Origin: Rhizophagus irregularis
Taxonomy: Eukaryota
DNA: 64,000 nt
Direction of reading: 5' to 3'
NCBI RefSeq assembly: GCF_026210795.1
Contig: NC_089430.1
Span: 2,170,001 to 2,234,000 of the forward strand
In this document: in pieces, positions 53,433 to 64,000 of the stretch
How the letters are laid out: every line of letters starts with the position of its first letter
How positions within the stretch are numbered: the first letter of the stretch is position 1
The notes under the pieces: model-generated
What the model was told of the DNA's origin: nothing
What the model saw: only the letters and a program-made list of their open reading frames with translations
The model's database searches: none
Made by a program: the position numbers and the translations under genes

Positions 53433-54599
53433 TTAGGCAAGATAAAATTATATTGAATGAAGAGCGTTAAATTTATGCGAAAGTTTTTACGTTTTCATTT
53501 ATTTATTTATACTATGGTTTTATATATTAATGGGAAAATTGAATAAATTCGTAGACCCGAATTTATCATAAGTTCTGGCCAACATATTTTGTTTCAAATT
53601 TGGGCCGATCGTATGAAAACCATGCAATTTCAATGCTTATATTACATGGATCTTCTTTTAAAAATCTGACTGGTAATTTGATAGAGCTTATCTCAAGGAA
53701 CAAAGTTACCAGTTTATTTTTTCTAAATTGTATTTTTTTTAAGGAGTTGAAAGATTTTTAAGTGTTACATTTTATTATATCTAATAATTATTGGGAGAAT
53801 TAATGCTAAAAAATGTTATATCAGATATACAAATGTTATAAATAATAATAGAATGTAGGCTTTTGATACGTTAATAAGGAATTATTTGAGATTTTAGTAA
53901 TTCTATTAGTTGTTTTATTAGTACATCTAAATTTTCACATTTTTAATTTGTTTGACCAAATTAATTATCAGAATTAGATATTATTTATTTAGTTAAAAAC
54001 CTAATATTGGAATATATTAGCATAAATTCAGTTTTGATAGCCAAAATTAATTATAATTTTTGGTAGATTTTTTCTACCAGAATTAATGATAATTTATTAT
54101 TATCCTTTTTGATTAAAAACCTAATATGGAATATAATAGCACAACACTACAAAACAAAATAAAATAATAGTTGAATTAAAGAATCATATATATTATGCAA
54201 TTAACAGAAGTATTTATAAAGTTTGAAATAAATGTAATTACGTTTACAGTAATAAATATCCTGCTTTCTCTCACGATTCTCTTAAGTGATTTTTCTAAAA
54301 AAAAATCTTTATCTCGTTCCAAAATTACTATCTCTGTAATATACAACAATAATGAATTACGGAATTAATATGTAAATAAATTCTAAATAAAATTCATCTG
54401 CTATTTGTCACACAAATGCATAATAATGGGCGAACATTATAGCTGTAGGTGCAAAAAGTTTATATAATCAAGTGACGTCTAAAATTGTAAATGATCACGT
54501 GCTGATTATTGGTGATGGCGATAAATGATTTTATTAATTGAAATATCTTAATATACAAAATTTTCTATATTTTTAATATTTTTAATAATCCCTTCACAA

Positions 54600-55110
54600 G
54601 TTATAATTATCAACAATTTCAACAGAATCGAATTTAATCAACTTTAGATGCAGCATGACAAATTTTAATCACTCAGGTCACTAATTAAATTGTTGATTAA
54701 ACTCACAACTTTATTATCAAAAAATCCTTTAACTTGCGCTTTTTCATCATCATCAATATCACAATAATCCAATAGTATACCTTATAATTTTGAGTATTCT
54801 TCAAAACATAATTCTTTAAATAATTCAGAAGCTTCGTCACGATCTTTATAAACACCTTCTCCTCTTTATACAAAATGGCAAGATTATTCTAGCCATCTTA
54901 TGTCCTTGATCTGCAGATTGTTGATATAATTCTTCCGTTTAAACATTCTTTAGAAGATTCTTTAAATAATTCAAAAGCTTTTCTATACCTGATACATTTG
55001 TGCGAGATTATATTAAGCTACACTATGTCCTAATACAGCTGGTTTTTTATATAACTTAAAAGCTTTTTCCTTATCAATATCGGTTCCAACTTCATTGTGG
55101 TAAAAGTTCA
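54600..55110 (-). pseudogene. Sel1-like repeat pseudogene
   Basis: The minus strand reads VGTDIDKEKAFKLYKKPAVLGHSVA*YNLAQMY, then KAFELFKES, YYQQSADQGH and GEGVYKDRDEASELFKE, with stops and frameshifts. Confidence 0.8.
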
Positions 55111-56337
55111 GCTGAAGAAGAATACTTAAACGCAATAAATATGTTAGGAGAGTGTTAAGTAAGTTAAAACTTTCTCATTACCTCGACATATACTTTTAAA
55201 ATTTAAAATTCATATATGTTAATTCAATCACGATTAGATTTTACTTACTGAATTTTAATATCATTATTATAAAGCCAAAAATGAAAATGTTTTTAAAAGT
55301 TATTGTATGAAACTATAATAAATTTATATTCTCTTGCAACCATTTATTAAGTATTGTAAATAAACACAAATTTATGAAATTAAGACATTTTTTGAATCTA
55401 GGCCGTTATTATTTAAAGGACATCATTTATCAATATTCGCTTGAATCAAAATATTATAAAGGATCAGTAGAATTTTTCTAAAGTTAAACTTAATTCGAAC
55501 AAAATAAATCTTCTGAGTAGAAGAACCTCAGTAATCTTAAAAGTTATACTCCTAGACTCCTAGTTTCTTTAAATATCAAAAAATCTAAGCCATTTTAGGA
55601 AAATTAAATAATCAAGGAATTCTACTATTCCCCGCCCTTTATTTACTAAAAATTTCACATAAGGATGAACCTCCTTCTCTATTTACAACATCTACAATTT
55701 ATAATGTAATTTTAATGCCTAAAAATATTACTTGTCGATAATTATATTCTCAATAAATATTTTACTATAGAAGTTAATAAATTATTAAGATTTGAACTGA
55801 ATTATAAACTAAACTTAATAAGTTAATATCAGAACAGCAAATAATGAAATTCTATTATATCATCTAAAATCTAACATTAACTGCAAATTAATATAGATTA
55901 TTACAAAACTGTAAATAGTATTGCATTACTCTTACAAACTATTATTTATTTAATCAATTGTATACTTTGCATTACATAATCTACAATACTCTAATGCTTT
56001 ATATCTAATTAAAATATCCTTTGGACAAAATATTCGTATGGTAAATAAAACAATATGCATTTGACGTTACAGTATTTGGTAATTTTCGTGTAATTTAAGA
56101 TTTGGACATTAGTTAACTAAATATCAGTATATTCATTATATTGGTATATACAGTAATTGGTTTTGATCAATATTATAATAAAAATCAAATTAATTTCAAT
56201 AGTATAGCAATATTATAAACTTGTTCAAATTATAAATTTATTGATATTCTATATATTGTATACAAGTTTATAAATAAATAAAATGAATTACATAAATTAC
56301 AAAATAATCCTAAATAAAATAATAAATAAATAGTAAT

Positions 56338-58444
56338 CTAATTTAATAAATAGTTAAGATCCATCTTACTCGTAGCATAATTTCTTTGCGTATATTGGTA
56401 TCCAATTTCATGATATTGTATTTCTAAAATTTAATATTAATTACATTAATAATGATAAAAATAAAATATGAAAATTTCAGTAATAATTACCTTCATTATT
56501 ATTTGAATTGACTTTTTTTATTAGAGTTAGAAGCTAAATCTTTTTCATCATCTGTTTTATTATTATAATAAATAAGAAATTTGATTATATGATTTACGGT
56601 ATTGTAATGATAAATTATTTAAAAGCGATTTATTACCATCAAAATAATTTCTTTTATTAGATTTCTCTTCTATTTTATTTAAAAATAAATGAATATAAAT
56701 TAGAATTATAAATCGAAATTTTTTTAAAAAATATATTAATTGCTAATCTTACCAATAATCAAACCATCTTGTAAATCAAAATCAAATTGTATACTATGAT
56801 AAGCTATAAAAATAAAGTTAACATGGTAAAAAATAACAATATTAAGTTAAGCACATTTTAATAATTACCATCTTGTTCTTCTAAATAAATAAAGTAAATA
56901 ATTAATATTATATTGTATAAAGTAAATTGTATAATAAAAAATTCTTACCTTTTGTTGCATTTTTTGGTTCAGGTAAATTTTCAAAATTATAAACTCTACT
57001 ACTAATATCCCAATTACTAGAATTTACACTAAAATTCCCAAGAAAGGAACTATTAGTAGAGCTAGAATTTACATTAAATCTTGTATTTGATTGAGAGTTA
57101 TTAATACTCATGATTTTACTATGTTCATTTTCATTTTGAGAATATGATCTATTAAGATCTCTAAATTTATAAGAAAGAGTACTAATATCAGGTCTTTTCG
57201 TAGGATTAGCATCCCAACATTGTTCCATTAATTCTTTATATTCTAAAGGAGTACCCGGTATTATTTTTGGTCTCATCCCATTTATTATTTTTATTGCAAG
57301 ATCATAATCATGTTTATTAATAAAAGGCGGTTGTCCAGATGAGATTTCCCACATAAGCATGCCAATACTATAAATATCAGCTGCAAAAGTATATTTCTTT
57401 TTAACAATAACTTCAGGTGCTATATATGAAAGATTTCCATATATGCAATCTAATGGTTTATTAGCTGGTCCACAAAATCCAAGATCACTGACGAAAAAGC
57501 TTTGATTTAGTTGACTAAATAATATATTTCCAGAATGTAAATCTCTGTGAATTGCATTTTCATTATGAATAAACCAAACTGTATCAACAATAGTATAAAT
57601 AATTTGAATTCTTTCTTTCCATGTAAGTTCATTATGATTTTGTTGCAAATATTCTCTTAGATTAAAATTCATAAGATTCATTACAATCATATAATTTCCA
57701 TTAAATGGATTTTGAGTTAAACCACAACATTGCACTATAAGGGAAGTTTTGCTACTTAAGTATAGATGAGATATACCCTATAAAAATTAAAAACAATTGC
57801 AATTAAATTTTTTTAAAAAAAAATTCAAAATACTTTTAATTACTTGTATATACCTCCTCAAACCAACTTTTATTGGCACTTTCAACATTTTCTAATTTTT
57901 TGAGCACCATATTTTTACTTCCACCTCTTATTAATTGTTTTTCTTTTAAATCCCATTCTTCATAACGTCCATCAATCCAAACTGCAGTATAAATTTCAGA
58001 ACATCCACCTTTAGTTAAGTATTTAATATATTGTAAATTATTATAAGGAATCCATTCTACTATCAAATCTGGTCTAAGTGCTTTTATTTGACATTGTTGT
58101 ATTAAATTATCAATATCATTATTTCCAGATGTCCAGTTTGAAAAATTTTCTTTTAAATAATTTCGAATACAATGTTCACAATATAATGTAGCTAAACATT
58201 CATCATGACAATTTTCACAAATTCTTTTTGTTCCTTGATTATTAATAATTTTATGATAATCAAATTCTTTATTTAATATTTTTACTGCATATGATTTTTC
58301 ATCCTTTGTAAGAGATTTGTCAGCAAGAACTGTTTGTATTCTAAATACATGTCGTTTTTCTAAATTATTTTGAATATTAAAGTCTACTAATGCATATGCT
58401 CTATTGATTGCAGCTCTCGTTATTTCTTCTCGAATAGTAGCCAT
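56338..58444 (-). CDS. TKL-type kinase with a single N-lobe and a C4 Cys motif. Exons 58444-57854, 57777-56949, 56880-56869, 56803-56753, 56669-56637, 56551-56491, 56423-56338
   Basis: CENC...CEHC, NWTSGN, EWIPY, KGGCSEIY, VLKKL and WFEE, then a phase-0 intron, then HRDLHSGN, DLG and APE. Small phase-1 3' exons have GT-AG boundaries. The 61-nt exon breaks the frame, so the C-terminus is uncertain. Confidence 0.8.
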
Positions 58445-59013
58445 AATACTGTAATAAAATTTAAAATACAATTTTAAACATGAAAGGATGAACGGAAAAA
58501 GGTCTATTAAATTCCGGAGTGAGTTTCACAAAATTTACGTAAACAGCAGTCTGAATTCTTAATCACGTGAATTAAAATGGAGTAAAGGGAAAATAATTTT
58601 CAATTTTTAAAGTATAACTTAATTTATGAAAAAATTTTTTATGAATAAACAAAAAAAACATCAATAGATGTATATAATAAATTTTGTTTATTTTCTAATT
58701 CGTTCTTGTTCGTTCTTGTATAGTTTTATACTCGTTGTATTTCTCGATTTTGTTACAAGTCACTAATTTTGTTTATTATTATTTATCAAAAAAATAAAGA
58801 AAAATATTGTTTATGGGTAGTATTCGAGGCCAACTAAATTTTTATGTCGTTTTTTTTTCCGATAATTCCGTTGGATATCCGTTGGCGTAGGTTTGCATAA
58901 ATTTAACAATATACTTTATTCAATCATTATATAAAATAATTTCTATCAACTTCTTTTTAAAGAATTGTATATAATGAAAAAAAAAAATTTCACATCCAAA
59001 AGAGTAATTTTTA

Positions 59014-59679
59014 TTTTGTGCGGGTCTCGGGGTCTGCTGTTTGCATAAAATAATAAATATGTAAATAAAATAATGAAAATTATTTGGCTGAAATTTTTAA
59101 GTCGTACGGAAGATTAATTAGTTTCACAAAATTTACGTAAACAGTCGATCCATATAAATCCTTAATCACGTGAGTTAAAATTGAGTAACTGAAAAATTAA
59201 GGGAAAAATAAATATTTACAAGAATTTTTTTTTTAAAGTATAACTTATTTTATGAAAAATTTTTTATGCGTAAAACAAAAAAAAAACATTAATAGATGTA
59301 CTGTATATAATAAATTGAAACGTTACTTTCTTACTAATTCGTTCTTGTTCGTTCTTTTATAATCGTATTTCTCGATTTTGGTACAAGTCACACTAATTTT
59401 TGCTTCTTAATATTTGTCTTAAAAAGAAAAATGTTGTTTATGGGTACCGTCCATTGGATATCCGTTAATGTAGATTTTTTAAATGATTCACATGAAAGAA
59501 AAATATTTTATGTTAAAGTATATTGTTAAATTTAACTTTTTTTCTGACCGAATTTTTAGTTTGTTTAAATTTAAAAAATTGAATATAATTAGCTAATTTC
59601 TGTACGACTTAAAAATTTCAGCCTAATGATCTTATTTACGTATTTATTATTTTATGAATCCCGCAGACACGCACAAAAT
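59014..59679. mobile_element. Element with about 100-bp TIRs enclosing a copy of 58523-58890
   Basis: ATTTTGTGCG...GGCTGAAATTTTTAAGTCGTAC (59014-59107) is inverted against GTACGACTTAAAAATTTCAGCC...CGCACAAAAT (59602-59679). Confidence 0.55.
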
Positions 59680-60399
59680 CATACACTCTAGTTGCGATAA
59701 CGAACAAATGTGTATTTTTTTTAGTACATCACGGTTACACTACATTAACTTATAAATTTCATTCAAATCGTTATTATAGCATAAAAAAAACATATTAATA
59801 TCTACTCAGTTTTTTTCGAAATTAGGTCAAATCTTATTGAATAGGTGGTCCACAATCTCTGAGTATTGTATGAATTTCACATTCAAATTGCCCTGATAAA
59901 GCATCTCGTACCTAATAGTATTTACGTACAACACTTTCGGATAAAAGAAAAATATGGATAGAATTAATTTTTTTGTTTTGTTACGAATTTTTATTTTCTT
60001 TTGCTTCCTTGTTTTTATTAACCCCTTCGTATGAGTTGTCTTAGCGGCGTAGTTTCTCCAATGATAACTATTTCTTTTTCTTCTTTTTTCTTTTTTTAAG
60101 GGTGAACTCCTTATGGAGTACGCGCTCATTAACTTACTTTAGTTAGCCTTCTTTATTACCTCCAGATAGCATTCTACACAAAGTTAGTACGGGTCTTATC
60201 CTTTTAGAATAAAATAAATAAATAGATAATGATTTATTATTGACATATGAAAGTCTAATCTTTTTTTTTTTTTACTCCTTTTCCGAACTGAGAGAACCAA
60301 AAAAAAGCCTCTTGGTATAACAAAAATAACGCTAATATCAAACATGCAAAAAGTATCGAACGTTTTAATATTTAATACGGATCATGTTATCTGACATAG

Positions 60400-61345
60400 A
60401 AAAATATGTCATACAAGGACGATACTTAATCATGATTATCCTAACAATAGCATATTTAAAAAAGACTAATATAATGCAGTATATCAGTTTCGTCTCAAAA
60501 ACAACCCTGGTGATTCAGATGCATCTCAAATGCTCCAAATGCTGTTAAATTGGAAAGACTTGGATCTGTTATGGATTTTTAAACCATGTTTAGAACTTTC
60601 TTCAAGAAAGTTAAATCATTTATTGTGGATGTCACCATCACAGCGAAACTTTTATGAGCGGTTTCATGGTATAGTAATTTTAGATACCACATCAAACACA
60701 AATCACGGCTTCTGCAATTATAGAAGATGAAACATTAGATACCTTTCGATGGATTTTAATGACATTATTTGAATGGGTATCTATCCTGGAGTTATATTTA
60801 CTGATTCAGGAATTAGTGCAATCAAAGAAATCTATCCCAATACGAACCACTTGTTATGTATCTTCCATATCGATTTAAATCTTTGTAAAAAAACTTAAGA
60901 GAAAATTAGGAGCTAGCTTTGAGTAATTTCATCATAAATTTTACGCTTGTAGAAATTCTTTATGTAAGGAATTATTTGAATCTCAATGGATGCAACTAGT
61001 CAATCAAATATCCTGAATCAGTTAAATATATGACAGAAACTCTTTATGTTAGTAAAGAGTCATGGCTATCTCATGGATATGTAATCAATTTACAGGTGGC
61101 GTGCAAAGCACGCAAAGAATCAAATCTATTAATAAGCAAATACACAATAAAGTTAATCAGTCTACTTTATGTGATTTGATGGTTAATATTAATGGTTGTG
61201 TTAAAGAAGAAGAACTATTTGAAATTGAACCAACCATTGGATGCCAATGTTGTGTAACAGATTATTTGGATAGATGGACGATATAATTAAGCAATATTTA
61301 ACACCAATTATGTTAGGATAGAGATGAACCAATCAGTATATTAAT
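60400..61345 (+). mobile_element. Decayed MULE/FAR1-related transposase
   Basis: LLWMSPSQ...IVILDTTSNTN, EDETLDTFRWIL, VIFTDS, HLLCIFHI and FTGGVQSTQRIKSIN are MULE DDE motifs, spread over several frames. Confidence 0.85.
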
Positions 61346-61495
61346 GAATAATTAGACTACCGATAAAGTTCATTTTATTAATAATATACAGTATAATATA
61401 CATAACTATAGGTAACAATAACTATGGGAACAACGTTATGTATCTCAGGTTCATAAAAATATAATATTTGAAAATAAAAATTAAAACTTATATGA

Positions 61496-62234
61496 TCAAA
61501 GAAAAAAATACGCTTTATAGAAATGACGTGAAGCAGTATTAGTTGAAGTTGAGATTGATGTTTGAGTTGATTTTAATGACCAAGGCATTTGTTTTTCAGA
61601 AGATGTATTAATACGAATAAAACTAGAATTTTGTAATTCTAAATAAAGTTTGTCCTCTATCAAAGACAATGCCCCGGAAAAAAATATTGAAGAATTTCGT
61701 TGGATGGTCATTGTTTGATTTGTGAACCGACTTCCAGAGGGATGGAATAGGACAACGGGTATTTCAACTGCTTTTTCTTTTGATATGTAGTTGGAAATTG
61801 TGCATTCGACTTGAACTCCAAGTTCACTGATTATAGCAGTATTTGAAGCAGACGCAATCCCTACTGCTGTTATTTGGTACGTTGGTAAGTCTTCGGGTGC
61901 GATATTTAGTACCGACACTGATGTTAAAATTAGCTAGAACATAAATAAAATAAATAAGTAAATAAAAAATTTTAGTAAAATACTTTAAGTAAAGTTAACT
62001 CACATCAAGTTCACCATTGTTTCCTTTACAAATTTTTGAATTCAAAATCGATAATATTTGTCCTTCTTTTGGTTTGACAAATAGCATGGTTTTGAGCTAT
62101 CAATAGGGTAAAATGACTTGATCACCATCTTCCTAGAGTCTAGTGTAACCAATAGTGCTTCCAACCAAATATCCACTAGACGTTTTCTCTTTATATTCAG
62201 ATATGTACAATATGGTTGAGATCTTGACGGGCAT
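61496..62234 (-). pseudogene. Spliced, partly decayed gene convergent with the MULE transposase; beta-rich, possibly OB-fold-like
   Basis: MPVKISTILYISEYKEK... exon with stops, an intron at about 62003-61934, then an open LILTSVSVLNIAPEDLP...SIFFSGAL...LYLEL segment. Confidence 0.55.
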
Positions 62235-64000
62235 TTTTGTTATAAATTTATTTGTATTTTCATTTGAAAATTTTCGTTTGAAAAATTATTAGAAAAAAAT
62301 TTTCGTTTCAAAAAGTTAATTTCGTGAGAGAAAATTTTTTTTTTTTAAAAAAAAAAGGTTTTTTTTTTAATCAAACAAGATCTTTTTTTTTGGGAGTAAA
62401 CTTACATATCTTACATGAGATAATCTTAAAATTTATGCAAGCCAAATCTCATTTGACTATTATCAAACCTTTTTTTTGAGTTTACATTACATCCAAAATT
62501 GCTGACGCAAGGATTAAGAGCATTCTTGTAACGATAAACTGCAGATAATACAAAATCGAATGTTTGAAGTAATAACAAAGAAATTTTTTATGTTTTGAGC
62601 CTTACTACTTAATTTATAACATAATAACCTTTTATCTGTATAATTAATTATGACTCTAAAACGGGTTGCACTTTGCACTTCAATAAAATTATAAAGCTTA
62701 ACGCAGATTTTGATTATTTTAACGAGTATCTATTAATAATTCAACAATCAAGAATAATTTTTTTTTTTATTTATGAAATTTATGATAAAAGACTAATCGA
62801 GTATAATTATTAAAATAATTAATTTAAAACATGTAGCTTTAGCTTGAAATGTCATTTTTGATAAACTAATTAAAAATAATCAACAGAATGATATATTATT
62901 TTTTTCAAGTTAGTTTGTCTTTATTCGCGTTAATCTTTTTTTTTTAAAAAAATACTGTGACAAAAACATGACAAGATTTAATAATAATAAAATATATTGG
63001 GAATGATAATTAAACTTTATAATTGAAATAAAAATTTTGAATTAAAAATGTTATAAATTCTATTGTTATTAAAATACTTCTAAAAAAAATAGATTTTACC
63101 CAACAATCTGTGTCCGAAGTCATGCGTAAATCCGACGGCTGTGACGCTAGGGAATTTCGAAACTATAATTTTTAATAATTCTATTTTCGTATCCCTTAAA
63201 ACCACAAACTTTATCAAATATTCGAAGTCAACTCACTTTTATCATGCGCAGAATCATGTATTTTAAATATTCGTTACTTTTATTACAGAAACGCTTATTT
63301 GTCCAAAATATAATGAACTTCAGATTATATTTCTATACATAAACATGGTATTATTACATATGTATGACTAAATATACAATATTTCTTACATCAAGAATTA
63401 CTCTTTTGCGTTTTGATTAATTATTAAAACCGACCAATATCTAATTGCCATATTGCTATTTTTTTAATAATTTCTCATATTTTCAAGTTATTAATTTATA
63501 GTGGCACAGCTTGTCCCAATTTTGGGCGGTGCAAAAAAACGTGGCAAGCAAACTTTTGTGCTTCTACACTTCACTTTCAATTATAATTGAAACCAGCCCC
63601 AAAAAACTTAACAGTTTTTCCAACTAATATCCGGACATTTAACTTGATCATAACGAGCTAAACTTTAACTGGTTCAAACAAATATTTAACCAGTAATTGG
63701 TTAACAACTTTAACTAGCTCTAACTTTTAATTAATAATTAATGGCTTTCAAATAATGTAACCCGTAAATAAAAAAATGATTCAAAATTTGATAGTACGTG
63801 TTATCGAAAAATATATTTTTTTTAAAAAAAAATCTCTTATATAAATGACCAGAGGAAAAGAGAATATTTTTTGAACAAATTCACAAACAACGAAAAAAAT
63901 AATTTTTTTGAATAATGCATTTGAAATATTTGTTATTGGTCATTGTCTTTTTTATCTTTACTTTTGAAACAGATGGTAATAAATATACAGTTTTTTACTT

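Overview
Very AT-rich eukaryotic genomic DNA with short GT-AG introns. The gene families present (expanded tyrosine-kinase-like kinases with NWTSGN/EWIPY motifs, and Sel1, F-box, HMG-box, Kelch, ML-domain and FAR1/MULE sequences) point to an arbuscular mycorrhizal fungus (Glomeromycotina, Rhizophagus-like); this is an inference. The short ORFs at 1-4.4 kb and 42.7-49.5 kb are not separate genes. They are phase-0 exons of two very large kinase genes, each a tandem array of isolated, degenerate kinase N-lobes (at least 9 and 15 copies) ending in one complete kinase domain. Each repeat exon is circularly permuted (beta4-beta5, then linker, then beta1-beta3 and alphaC), so every splice junction rebuilds one N-lobe. 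Each N-lobe has a hypervariable loop. A third kinase (56.3-58.4 kb) shows the single-N-lobe layout with the same intron position. The window also holds a secreted/surface trio (small secreted protein, ML-domain protein, Kelch-TM protein), many pseudogenes, MITEs, a retro-insertion with poly(A) and TSD, a 20-bp minisatellite and a decayed MULE transposase. All exon coordinates were read by hand from splice signals and frame continuity, without RNA evidence.
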